This document shows, in pieces, positions 15,984 to 25,034 of a stretch of DNA of 54,340 bases. Source of the DNA: a virus; IMG/VR virus record IMGVR_UViG_3300002091_000038, positions 1 through 54,340 of that record. The stretch is one strand, 5' to 3'. A program made the position numbers and the translations under genes. The notes under the pieces are model-generated. The model saw only the letters and a program-made list of their open reading frames with translations. It did no database searches and was not told the origin of the DNA. The first letter of the stretch is position 1. Each line of letters starts with the position of its first letter.

Positions 15984-17477
15984 CTACTTGCTAAGGAGTT
16001 TCTGCACCTTGTCCCATCCATCAGGATCGGCCTTGGCTTCGGGCGGTGGCGCGGATCCTGGAACGCTGGCTGGGGCTGGGGCGGCCGGTGCTGGCGCCGT
16101 GGTGCTGGCTGGTGGTGTCGTGGCTGCCGGCGGCTGGGTCATTTTGTCCAGGGTGCCGGCAATGATCTTGGCGTAGGCATTTTGGGCGGCTGTCTTCAAC
16201 TCCGGCGGTGTGTCCGGGTTGGTGATCAGGTGCGACAAAGAGGACGTGGTGAGCGTCGTGGCCTTGGGCAAAATTGGAGTTCGCGGCTCGCCTGCTATTT
16301 GCACCCGCTTCCATGTGGCAGGGTCTTTGTTGTAGCTGGTAATTTCGTTGTCCAGACGCTGGTTGATCGGCCCCCACAAGTGCGGCTGCGAAATCTGCGG
16401 CGTGCTCGCCGGGTTGTTCGGTGCAATGCCGGAAATGGCCGCCATACGGTCGGACACGTCATTGGGCAGCGTGGCCAGGCGTGATTTCCAATAATCAAAG
16501 CCGCTGTTCCATGCCTTGCTGTTGCGCTGAAACTGCACATCCGGCCGCAGACCGTTGGCGGCATTGATCTGCTGGGCACGGGCGATGATGGCCGGATCTT
16601 TGGTGGTGGTGGCTACTTCCATCATGCGGTCAAGCTGATCGGCATTTGGCAGCCCGGCACTAGCCTGACTGAAACCCATCACCTGCTTGCCGTTGCGGGC
16701 GTCCGGTCCATCGGGCGAGTAGATGTCAAACCGGCCGGTGAGCTTCTTGCCGTTGTACTCCTCGGCCGTGTGATCCATGTAGCGGCCCGTGTGCGTGGTG
16801 CCATCGGCAAAATGCAGGTTGAACGCTTCGCCCGGCTTGATTCCTGCGGAAGTGACGGCCTGGCGCACGTCCGGGGAAAGCGCGATGTCACCAGCCTTGA
16901 GCTTGTTAGGCGTGTCCTTGCCGTCGCGAATCTGCTGCGCTTCTTCATCGCTCACAAACGCACCAATGCCGTTCTTGCTGTTGTCATCCGGGGACGTGTC
17001 GCCCTGGTAGCCGTAGGACGTGATGGCTCCGTTTGCCGTAGGGACCACGCTCTGCCCTGTGGCCGTGGCGTTTACGAGGTCCATGGCGCTCTGCTTAATG
17101 GCGGCATCTGCCGTCTGTGTCTGCAAGCGGAGGGCGGCTGAACCAAGAGCGAAATTGGTCGCTGCCAGGTGTGATTGCTGCTGGGCAAGGTTGAGGTTGC
17201 GGATCTGCTCATTCATCGGCCGCTGGTCAATGCCGTACTGCCGGTCTTGATCCTGCTGGCCCCACACCTGCTGCTGCCGGTTGTGAAGCTGGTTCTGCCA
17301 GTCCTGGGCGCTGGCGCGGTCCTGATCCTGCTGCTGCCACATCTGCGGCCGCCGCACCAGGTCCTGCCCCTTCGCGTAGGCGTTCAGAGTCAGCCCCAAG
17401 ATGTCCAGGGGTGGAACACTGGTGTCGAAGTCGCCACGGCGAGCGGTCGGGAGGTTGGGCTGGAATACGGCTGTCAT
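15984..17477 (-). CDS. Internal virion protein with a DPBB/3D-like peptidoglycan-hydrolase segment (putative)
   Basis: 497 aa with a Q-rich N-terminus. The central ITSYGYQGDTSPDDNSKNGIGAF...LKAGDIALSPDV...GRFDIYSPDG resembles RlpA/3D-type wall-degrading domains. The C-terminus is P/A-rich. Confidence 0.45.
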   Translation of the reverse strand: MTAVFQPNLPTARRGDFDTSVPPLDILGLTLNAYAKGQDLVRRPQMWQQQDQDRASAQDWQNQLHNRQQQVWGQQDQDRQYGIDQRPMNEQIRNLNLAQQQSHLAATNFALGSAALRLQTQTADAAIKQSAMDLVNATATGQSVVPTANGAITSYGYQGDTSPDDNSKNGIGAFVSDEEAQQIRDGKDTPNKLKAGDIALSPDVRQAVTSAGIKPGEAFNLHFADGTTHTGRYMDHTAEEYNGKKLTGRFDIYSPDGPDARNGKQVMGFSQASAGLPNADQLDRMMEVATTTKDPAIIARAQQINAANGLRPDVQFQRNSKAWNSGFDYWKSRLATLPNDVSDRMAAISGIAPNNPASTPQISQPHLWGPINQRLDNEITSYNKDPATWKRVQIAGEPRTPILPKATTLTTSSLSHLITNPDTPPELKTAAQNAYAKIIAGTLDKMTQPPAATTPPASTTAPAPAAPAPASVPGSAPPPEAKADPDGWDKVQKLLSK

Positions 17478-17479
17478 GA

Positions 17480-18385
17480 TTACATGGCCCCTTCTGAGAG
17501 GTTTTGCTGGGCAGCGGTGGGTGTGCCGTTGCCGGTGAAAGCATTGTAGCCGCTCGGCGTCTGGCTGGCTTGGTACACGCCATAATTGGCACTGTTGTAG
17601 GCTGCCGTTCCAGGGGTGTTAGACTGGTTGTAAGCACCCATCACCGCGCCAATGCCCTGTGTGGCCGATCCGATCAGTTGCTGGTTGGCCTGGTTCTGCG
17701 AGCGAATCATGTCATTGTTCATCATCGCGGAGTTGTATCCCACCTGATACTGGGCCCCGCGAAGCGCCATCTGCGCGTTGAACTGGTTCATGTTCTCGGA
17801 CTGCTGCAACTGCACCATCTGGCCCGGGTCCATGGTGGTGTAGCGCATCGCGTCCATTTGCGTGCTCAACGGCAGCGCCTGGCGGTACATGCTGTAGAGC
17901 GAGCGATATTCTTGCGTGCCCTGTGACTGCAGGCCTTCCTTGGTGAGCCCGAGATAGGCGTTGTAGTTCTCGTTTGCCGGGCCGCTGCCAATATTGGTCA
18001 CTCCCGAATCGAGCATGTTGCGCCCCAGTTCATCGCGGGTGCTTTTGGACAGCACGCCATTCAAGTGATCCTCAATGATCGAATTCGTATCGTTGCGCTG
18101 CGCGTTGAACTGATCGGCCCCGCCAAAGAGCTTGCTCATCGCGGTTTCCAAGTCCGACGTGGCGCGCTTGTTGGAGGCGGTGGCGATGTTGCCAGCATTG
18201 GCCGCGCCTTCGCCGGCATTGTAGTTCAATGCCTTCTTGGCCAGTTTCCAGACATTCACCTGGGAGGGTGTGGAAATGCCGTTGAAATTGGGCAGTTGCG
18301 GCGCTCCCGGCTGGTTACTGGATGATATGGCTGCCGCACCGACTGCGCCGACTGCTCCAATAGCTGCTGCTGCAACGACTCCCAT
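17480..18385 (-). CDS. Internal virion/ejection protein (putative), N-terminal TM, Q/N-rich
   Basis: MGVVAAAAIGAVGAVGAAAISS is a hydrophobic N-terminus, followed by N/Q/S/G-rich sequence. It lies directly upstream of the two other ejection-type genes. Confidence 0.4.
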   Translation of the reverse strand: MGVVAAAAIGAVGAVGAAAISSSNQPGAPQLPNFNGISTPSQVNVWKLAKKALNYNAGEGAANAGNIATASNKRATSDLETAMSKLFGGADQFNAQRNDTNSIIEDHLNGVLSKSTRDELGRNMLDSGVTNIGSGPANENYNAYLGLTKEGLQSQGTQEYRSLYSMYRQALPLSTQMDAMRYTTMDPGQMVQLQQSENMNQFNAQMALRGAQYQVGYNSAMMNNDMIRSQNQANQQLIGSATQGIGAVMGAYNQSNTPGTAAYNSANYGVYQASQTPSGYNAFTGNGTPTAAQQNLSEGAM

Positions 18386-18386
18386 A

Positions 18387-18902
18387 TCAGTGTATTTCTT
18401 GAATGTTCAGACGGCTCAGTTCTTTGATTCGCTGTGCGTCATAAGGAACGCCCGGGCAGCACACTGCCCAAATGGCCGGCATCTGTTCGGTGATGTCGTG
18501 GAAGGGCACGCGCAGGGCAATGCGGCCGGCAAAACCCGCCTGACACTGGCCAAAGTTTTGCAAAATCCTCGGCCAATGCTCAATTAATCCGGGCTGGCGC
18601 ATGTGGCGAATCCATGAATCGCGGCAGCGGTCAATATCATCTGGCTCAATAACAATGATTGGGCCGCCCACCATGCCTAGATGCACGGGCAATGAGGCGA
18701 TACCGCTGGAGCAGTCGATGACGTTTTGGGCTTCCTGGCCCGTCAATTTGTAGGCGTAATCCAGGGGCGAAAGGATCTCCCGCCTCGCATCATCGCCGCA
18801 GCCATCATGGAAGGCAAAGCTGTGCGGCGGCTGCGTGAGCGCAACCGACAGCCAGGCCGTGCGGCAGCGTGGCAGGGCGATGATGTGAGTGACGTGCTTC
18901 AT
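18387..18902 (-). CDS. Hypothetical protein with sulfotransferase-like PAPS-binding motifs (weak)
   Basis: 171 aa. IIALPRCRTAWLSV resembles the 5'-PSB loop PKSGTTW, and PIIVIEPDDIDRCRDSWIRH resembles the IIYVxRNPxDxxVSxYH strand-loop. The protein is shorter than canonical sulfotransferases. Its start overlaps the upstream gene's stop (ATGA). Confidence 0.3.
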   Translation of the reverse strand: MKHVTHIIALPRCRTAWLSVALTQPPHSFAFHDGCGDDARREILSPLDYAYKLTGQEAQNVIDCSSGIASLPVHLGMVGGPIIVIEPDDIDRCRDSWIRHMRQPGLIEHWPRILQNFGQCQAGFAGRIALRVPFHDITEQMPAIWAVCCPGVPYDAQRIKELSRLNIQEIH

Positions 18903-19513
18903 GCTTCTTTAGGTTTGCCGCCGGCCATGGCATTCACCCACGCCCCGGCCCAAATCGGCAGGCGGGAGAGAATGAAGATCATGGACTCAACACCGAATTG
19001 CAGCTGCACCAGTTCGCAGGCCAGGGCGGTATAAAGGGCCATGTTCGGGAACAGGCTCGGATGCTTTTCCTGCACGATGGCAGTGGCATCATCAAGGAAT
19101 GCGGCCGCCAGGGGGAACTGGGCGCGCAAGGAATCATCCGCAGCCTTCAATTCGGGCGCGATGCCGTTTTTGTGGATGCTGTGGCCAAAGCCGGGGATCT
19201 TCTGGCCGCTGGCGACAACTTCGCGCAAGGCGTCCTTCCATGCGGACTGCTCATGATTGAGCGCCTGCAGCTGGTAGAACCAGAGGGTGCGCGTGGTGGT
19301 GACAGGGGCGTGCGTGCCGCCAATCGAGTTGATCGCGGCCGTGATCGCGGTTTCCATCGGCATGCCAAGCTGTCCTTGGATCACGGCAAGCTGGGTGGAT
19401 GCCGGCATGTTCTTGCTTGCGGCATCGGAGTGTGCCTGCATCACCTTCTGGAGAAAGTCGATGGCGCGTGGCTGGGGCTTCTGCTTGCAGAATGGAAGAA
19501 TGGCGTGGATCAT
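18899..19513 (-). CDS. Citrate-synthase-fold (citrate synthase/citryl-CoA lyase-like) protein lacking the catalytic Asp
   Basis: 204 aa. IGGTHAPV aligns with GPLHGGA, IPGFGHSIHKNG with GFGHRVYK, FPNMALYTA with PNVDFYSG (Asp replaced by Ala), and SRLPIWAGAWVNAM with ARxxGWxAH. Confidence 0.55.
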   Translation of the reverse strand: MIHAILPFCKQKPQPRAIDFLQKVMQAHSDAASKNMPASTQLAVIQGQLGMPMETAITAAINSIGGTHAPVTTTRTLWFYQLQALNHEQSAWKDALREVVASGQKIPGFGHSIHKNGIAPELKAADDSLRAQFPLAAAFLDDATAIVQEKHPSLFPNMALYTALACELVQLQFGVESMIFILSRLPIWAGAWVNAMAGGKPKEA

Positions 19514-20499
19514 CGGAATCGGCGGTTACTGTGGTTCTTACTTGTTAGACGGCGGGAAACGGAAATATTGAGCGCCTTGCGCTGGCCTTGATCGAGCTTG
19601 GCGGCCTTGCCTTTGAGCAGGCTCATGGCCTTGCCCATGAAGCCGGAACCGATCTGAAAGCTGCTGTCATCGAAGGCGTTGCAAGCCTGGGCGGCGTAAC
19701 GGTAGGCTTCGCGGTGCTGAACAGGTGAAACGCCGTCAAGATCGTAGATGTCATTGAAGCGCAGGGACACCATGGCAGTGACCGTGTGGCACTGGCCGCG
19801 CTGCAGGGCGGCGTTGAAATTCAGGTGTGGCAGGTGGTAGCGGGTGTAGCAGGGCGATTGATCACGCGGCTCCATGCGTGACAGCCAGTAGGGTCCGTTG
19901 ACATCGCTCCATGCGCCAAGGTCGATGTGGCCGCCGGTCACAGGCTTGGAAACGGCGGTAATGCTGGAAAACACCTTGGACAAGCGCGGGCTGCGCGTGG
20001 CGCTGGCCTTGCCCACCGGGATGCTGCAGCGCTGAAACTTGTTCGAAGCGTCGTAGCCGGTCACAAGCACGGCTGCGCCTTTTGCTTCCTCGGCATCGGA
20101 CACGGCGAACAGAGGCAGGGGTGATGGCAGCTCGCGGCTTGTCGGGAACTGGGTGCCAAGGTTGCGAATGCAGCGGATGTCAAAGGCGTGCGTGTGCTCG
20201 CCCGGGCCCGCCTCCAGAAACTGCCAGCCCACGGGGAAGATGTGCGCCGGGTAGCCGTCGATGTTCAGCTCCTTGATCTTCTCGAAGCGTTCGGGGAGCA
20301 CGATCACGCCATCATGGGCGGGGAAGCGAACGGTGAACTCGGTGCCAGGAAAATCCTGGTCGTTCATGAACAGCTCGTTGATCCGGTTGTAAACGCCAAG
20401 CGCCTCCATGGTGCCGGCGGCATCGCAGGTGATGTCCACGCCTGTGCCGCGCACATACGGGGCAATGACGGGAAGGATGTCACGAATGCGAAACAGCAT
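19510..20499 (-). CDS. Virion structural protein (putative tail/adaptor)
   Basis: 329-aa ORF in the packed late block, with an ATGA overlap with the downstream gene. No diagnostic motif. Confidence 0.35.
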   Translation of the reverse strand: MLFRIRDILPVIAPYVRGTGVDITCDAAGTMEALGVYNRINELFMNDQDFPGTEFTVRFPAHDGVIVLPERFEKIKELNIDGYPAHIFPVGWQFLEAGPGEHTHAFDIRCIRNLGTQFPTSRELPSPLPLFAVSDAEEAKGAAVLVTGYDASNKFQRCSIPVGKASATRSPRLSKVFSSITAVSKPVTGGHIDLGAWSDVNGPYWLSRMEPRDQSPCYTRYHLPHLNFNAALQRGQCHTVTAMVSLRFNDIYDLDGVSPVQHREAYRYAAQACNAFDDSSFQIGSGFMGKAMSLLKGKAAKLDQGQRKALNISVSRRLTSKNHSNRRFR

Positions 20500-20527
20500 G
20501 GAATAATGATAGCAAATGGATCACGCT

Positions 20528-21007
20528 TTAGCCAGTAAAAGCAAGCGTGTAGAGCGTGTAATCGGGGGACGTGCCTTGGAAAAAGTTGGTGTTGGCGTGC
20601 AGGTCGGGAACTCCGGGGGCGGTCCCGTCCGCCAGTTTCCAGCCCGCGAGCGGCCTGGCCGCCATGTCCAGCGCCACGCTGGCCTTCACGCGAACGAGAG
20701 TCATCAGCTCGCCCACCTGGCCGCCGATGCTCCAGCCCTGGAACTCAGGCAGCCAGAGCGCCATCCCGAGAAACCGCCCCTGATCATCAATCATGAACCG
20801 GGGCTTGTCCTGATCCTCGGGGGCGGCCGCGTCCAGTGTGCCCACGGTGTAGCCGAACAAGACGCCCTCCGCTTTCACATCCGTGGCGAACTGGGCAAAC
20901 CAGCGCTGCAGGTTCTCCGTGGTAAGGCAGAAGCCCGGTGGCGGCGGGGGCACGGAAAGACTCGAGCGAAAGACGCTTTGACCAAGGATGCTAGGGAGCG
21001 ACGGCAT
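20528..21007 (-). CDS. Hypothetical virion-block protein
   Basis: 159-aa ORF that overlaps the upstream gene by 17 nt. No motif. Confidence 0.35.
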   Translation of the reverse strand: MPSLPSILGQSVFRSSLSVPPPPPGFCLTTENLQRWFAQFATDVKAEGVLFGYTVGTLDAAAPEDQDKPRFMIDDQGRFLGMALWLPEFQGWSIGGQVGELMTLVRVKASVALDMAARPLAGWKLADGTAPGVPDLHANTNFFQGTSPDYTLYTLAFTG

Positions 21008-22721
21008 AATTGAAGGGGTTGGGCTGGCAGGTGGTGTCTGCAGGCACGTTCTTGGGCTGGCAGCTGCTGCCAGTGTTCATTTTCTCCGGTACAGGCAGAG
21101 GGTCGCCAGTTTTGAATGACACCTCTTCAAGCCGGGCCGCGCCCGTGATCGTGAATGCCGTGGCCAGCTCAAAAAACACGTCCTGCCCCTTTGGTGGCGA
21201 GGGTGGATTCTCACGGGGCAGGTGTTGCGATGGAACAGCCTGGTCGCAGTCGCCGGCACTCACCACGGATGTCTGAGAGCTGAACCATGGCACGAAGTTC
21301 TTGCGGTCTTTTGACCACCAGCCATTGACATTGACGGTTCCTGACACATCGCCCAGACGGTAGGCCGCGCCCTCGAATTTCTTGGTGGCAAAGGCGGCAT
21401 CAAAGTCATTGGAGCGCAGTTGAATGAAGCGCTCAATGGGAGTGGCCCGGGAGCCAACGTCAAAGCCCGTGGTCAATCCGGTAATTTCATAGATCCGGTT
21501 CACGCCATCGGCATCGAGCGAGACGGTAAAGCAGCGCTGCTGCCCGTTCACCGTGGCGGTGTCCAGTGAAGCAAAGCCAAGACCTGTCCACAGGCCATCC
21601 CAAACGATTTCTTGACTGCCTTGCTGCGGGGTTTCCTGCTGCACTGCCAGGGCTTTGTGCGCCACGGTCCATCGTCCATCATCGCGCTGTGCCCGGAACG
21701 GCAGCACGGTAGTCATGGTGCGATCATTGAACCTTACGGCCTGCCGCCAGCGGCGGAGCGCGGAGAATTCGTCGCGATAGACCGGATACATGGATTCATC
21801 GGCCATGCGCAGGCGGGCAAAGTCATCGCGGCGAATGGATGCCACCAGTGATGTGATGTGGCCATGCTGGTCGGAAAAGACCATATCCTTGCCCCGGCGC
21901 ACAATGGCCCCATGAGCGCAGGCGCCGGTTGTCGGCATTGGCGTGGTGGCGATGTCCTGGGTGGTCCATTGATCCCGTGGCACAAAGACGTTGAACGCCC
22001 GCGAGCCGAACTGGCAGAACGCCGTCAATGCGCCAAGGTCGCTCTGCTGGGTGAAAGAGGGTGAGAACTCCAGCCCCATCACCGGGCCCAAATTGGCCGG
22101 GATCTGGAAATAGCGGGCGTTCTTGTAGTAGGCAGTGCCCTCGGAAAACGAGAGAACGCTGTCGCTGGTGGGATCAGCCTCATGGTTGGAGGCGTAGATG
22201 CGTGTGCGGTCCGGGGACACCACGAAGAATCTGCCCCACCCGTCCGTCATCATGGTGCCGCAAGGAACGCTCGTGGCCTTGGTGCCCTGCGTGGCAAGCA
22301 GGCCGCGAATGATCAGCGGGGGTGAAACACCATCCTGGGCGACGGCATAGGGCCCGCGCTGGCCAAAGAACACGAACTGGCTGTTTTTCGAGAACGCCCT
22401 TTTCTTGCGCGTGAGACAGCGGGTGTTGCCGGTCAAAATGTCGTAGGACACAATATGCCCGTCGAACGCATAGAGCATCATCGGCCCGCGCTCGGCATTG
22501 TAGAAAGCGGAGCCCTGATAAATGCCATGTTCCACCACCTGCTGCGCGGTCCCGTCCAGCCATGACATAGGGCAGCGCACAAAGGATGGCCGTGAATCAA
22601 TGAAGCCGCCGCGAACGGTGCCGTTTACAATCAGCGGACAGCAATCAACGGGAGTGAGCCGGGGATTGTTGCCAGAGGCGTTCATGCCGCCCGCGAAGCT
22701 GTTGTAAATGACGGTTGGCAT
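20991..22721 (-). CDS. Large tail protein (putative nozzle/tubular-type, beta-rich)
   Basis: 576 aa of beta-strand-rich sequence. It immediately follows the fibre-like gene, with a 1-nt start/stop overlap at 22721. Confidence 0.35.
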   Translation of the reverse strand: MPTVIYNSFAGGMNASGNNPRLTPVDCCPLIVNGTVRGGFIDSRPSFVRCPMSWLDGTAQQVVEHGIYQGSAFYNAERGPMMLYAFDGHIVSYDILTGNTRCLTRKKRAFSKNSQFVFFGQRGPYAVAQDGVSPPLIIRGLLATQGTKATSVPCGTMMTDGWGRFFVVSPDRTRIYASNHEADPTSDSVLSFSEGTAYYKNARYFQIPANLGPVMGLEFSPSFTQQSDLGALTAFCQFGSRAFNVFVPRDQWTTQDIATTPMPTTGACAHGAIVRRGKDMVFSDQHGHITSLVASIRRDDFARLRMADESMYPVYRDEFSALRRWRQAVRFNDRTMTTVLPFRAQRDDGRWTVAHKALAVQQETPQQGSQEIVWDGLWTGLGFASLDTATVNGQQRCFTVSLDADGVNRIYEITGLTTGFDVGSRATPIERFIQLRSNDFDAAFATKKFEGAAYRLGDVSGTVNVNGWWSKDRKNFVPWFSSQTSVVSAGDCDQAVPSQHLPRENPPSPPKGQDVFFELATAFTITGAARLEEVSFKTGDPLPVPEKMNTGSSCQPKNVPADTTCQPNPFNYAVAP

Positions 22722-23812
22722 CAGTACTGGTAACCAAGGACACGGAAATCAACCACGTAGTGAGTGTTGGCGTCGAGAGGGGCGGCCGTGTTGCTTGCCT
22801 TGCGCACGTCGATGCTGACATTCACCGGGGCGTTGTTGTTCGGCACGGGGATAAGCAGAAGACTGTCACCCTCGTTGCACTTGTTGTTCATCGCGGAAGT
22901 GAAGGCCGCGGTGTTCGCCAGCGCTGCGGAATCCGTGATGGCTTCGCAATACTGCACGATCTGCCATTGCACGCCGTTGATCGTGACGGTGATGCGAACG
23001 GGGTCAAGGGTGAGCGCTCCCACCTTCCACTTCACCTTAACGAAGGCCACGACAGACTGCCACGGCTCAACGGTGGGGAAGTTGGGGAAGATCATCGTGC
23101 CCGTGGGCGATGTCTGGTTGATCGTGCTCAACACCGGGGACAGCCATTTGCCATTGGTGGCAGTGCTGGTGCTGGTGGAGTTCACCACGTCGCGCTTGAT
23201 CGTGAGCGCAATCGGCTGGCTGTTGATCAGCTGCAGAAGCGGCGCATTCACCAGCTCCCATTGCGTAGTGCCTTTGCGCAGGATCTGGCCAGGATCGCCC
23301 ACCACTTTGGAGGTGATGTCATTCACGCTGCCAAGCAGGGCGTCCAGCACATCGACCTCCGCAGGGGCTGCAGACTGGCCGATAGGTGCGGACGGAATCA
23401 ATGGCGTGCCGGCAATGATCGTGGTGCCTTGCGCCATGGTGAGGTTTTTGAACGTGATCAAGTCACCGGAAACGCCCGTCACAGCCAGGTAGCCGTTGAA
23501 TGCCGGCAACCAGAGGGAAAGGCCGGGCGCGGCCCATTGCGCTGCCCCCGCACAGTAGAGCTGGCCAATGCCATTGACGGCGGGCGTGTTGAACACCTGG
23601 GCGACGGTGGGGAAGGCGAATGCGCCCGTGGCTGCTGGCGTGGCGGATGGGTTGCCGGCGGTGTCGCTGGCATCCTGTGCTTCACCACAACCGCAATCGC
23701 CTGCCTGTGGCACGGCAATCACTTGTGAGCCTGGGGGCACGGCGATAATGCTGCCTGGCAGAGGTGCATTCCAAGGGGTGCCGTCATTCGGCTGACAGGG
23801 GGCGCATTGCAT
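22721..23812 (-). CDS. Tail fibre/receptor-binding-like protein (putative)
   Basis: 363 aa. The sequence is rich in G/A/T/S/N/V beta-type segments with a C-terminal compact domain. It lies between other tail-like ORFs. Confidence 0.4.
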   Translation of the reverse strand: MQCAPCQPNDGTPWNAPLPGSIIAVPPGSQVIAVPQAGDCGCGEAQDASDTAGNPSATPAATGAFAFPTVAQVFNTPAVNGIGQLYCAGAAQWAAPGLSLWLPAFNGYLAVTGVSGDLITFKNLTMAQGTTIIAGTPLIPSAPIGQSAAPAEVDVLDALLGSVNDITSKVVGDPGQILRKGTTQWELVNAPLLQLINSQPIALTIKRDVVNSTSTSTATNGKWLSPVLSTINQTSPTGTMIFPNFPTVEPWQSVVAFVKVKWKVGALTLDPVRITVTINGVQWQIVQYCEAITDSAALANTAAFTSAMNNKCNEGDSLLLIPVPNNNAPVNVSIDVRKASNTAAPLDANTHYVVDFRVLGYQY

Positions 23813-23814
23813 GG

Positions 23815-24486
23815 TTATTTCGGGCTGGTGAAGAGGTGGAGGTCAAGGGTGGCGCCGCTGGTATAGACGCCGCTGAAAGTGGACACCATGGCGCGAACGG
23901 CCGCCTTGGCAGGGATGGTCAAAGGAGTGCCGAACACCACGCGGGCGGTCTTGGCCGGGGGCGTGATGATGGCCGCGCTGCCAATGTTGCTGTAGGTGGT
24001 GCCGTCCGCCGTGGTCACCTGCAGCTGGACTTGGATCGAAGCCGGCGGGTTCTCCGCGCCAATCTCAATCGCGTTGATCGCAAAGCTGGTGTTGCGGCGG
24101 AACAGGTATTGCGGCGTGGTCGAACTGCTCAACGTGGGCACGGCAATGGAGGTGATTTCCCAGTTTGCAGAACCGTTGGCAATCACGTTCTTGGCGAACA
24201 GTGCGGCATCTGCCAGGCTGATACAGCCAAGCTTGGAGAACACGTCGGCGCTGGTGAGAGTGGCCCCGGAAGCCAGCTGTGTGGATGGCACGCTGACGGT
24301 GTAGCGCCAGTTCAGCCCCGTGGATCGAGCGACGCTGGTAATGGGCGCAATGAGGTAGCCGCTGCCGTCGTGTGACTTGGCGATGCTGCCGCTGCGCAGC
24401 TGGATTACCGCGTAGTCATTCACGCCGCAAAGCAGGGGCGGGCACGCGGACTTGGAAGGCAGGTCAAAGGTGAGGATGGTGGCCAT
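23815..24486 (-). CDS. Hypothetical tail-associated protein
   Basis: 223 aa of S/T/A-rich beta-type sequence in the packed late block. Confidence 0.35.
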   Translation of the reverse strand: MATILTFDLPSKSACPPLLCGVNDYAVIQLRSGSIAKSHDGSGYLIAPITSVARSTGLNWRYTVSVPSTQLASGATLTSADVFSKLGCISLADAALFAKNVIANGSANWEITSIAVPTLSSSTTPQYLFRRNTSFAINAIEIGAENPPASIQVQLQVTTADGTTYSNIGSAAIITPPAKTARVVFGTPLTIPAKAAVRAMVSTFSGVYTSGATLDLHLFTSPK

Positions 24487-24490
24487 GGTG

Positions 24491-25033
24491 TCAGAAGAGT
24501 TTGCGAACGATTACCTGCCATTCCTTGTGCAGTAACTCGTATTGCCCCTCATGGGTGGCCAGGAACGCATCAACCCCGATCTTGGGCGGCAGGTTGCGCG
24601 AGTTCGAATCCGTCCAGAGGTAGTCATCAAAGATGAGGATGCCGCCCACGTTGAGGTTGTGCCAGGCAAGCACTGCATCCTGAATCACCGCCGGGGCCTT
24701 GTGGTCCGCGTCCACAAAGATGAAGTCGAAGCGCTGGCGGATGCCGCGAAGCAGGTTGTGGGTGTTGCCGCGCCGGGGTTCGCAGCGCATGAAAACATCG
24801 GCTTCAATGATGTTGGCCAGGAACCGCTTGTGGACCTCTGGGGACCACCATCCATCAATGCAAATGAGGCGTGAATCCGGGTGCGTGAGGATGTTCTGGA
24901 GAAACCAAATGGCGCTGCGGCCCTCATAGGTGCCAAGCTCCAGGCCGCTGGCGGGCCGGTCTTTCAGTGGGGCAAGGTATTCCATCCACTTTTCGCAGTG
25001 GCGGCTTGACCAGTCGGTGGTGAATTCAGGCAT
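24491..25033 (-). CDS. Class I SAM-dependent methyltransferase (O-methyltransferase/Methyltransf_24-like)
   Basis: GLELGTYEGRSAIWF is a motif I-type glycine loop, and RFDFIFVDADH...GGILIFDDY is the acidic post-I/II pattern typical of small O-MTases. Confidence 0.7.
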   Translation of the reverse strand: MPEFTTDWSSRHCEKWMEYLAPLKDRPASGLELGTYEGRSAIWFLQNILTHPDSRLICIDGWWSPEVHKRFLANIIEADVFMRCEPRRGNTHNLLRGIRQRFDFIFVDADHKAPAVIQDAVLAWHNLNVGGILIFDDYLWTDSNSRNLPPKIGVDAFLATHEGQYELLHKEWQVIVRKLF

Positions 25034-25034
25034 C

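Noticed and set aside
22721-24486. A diversity-generating retroelement acting on the fibre-like genes.
   Set aside because: No reverse transcriptase ORF and no template/variable repeat pair were seen in or near the fibre genes.
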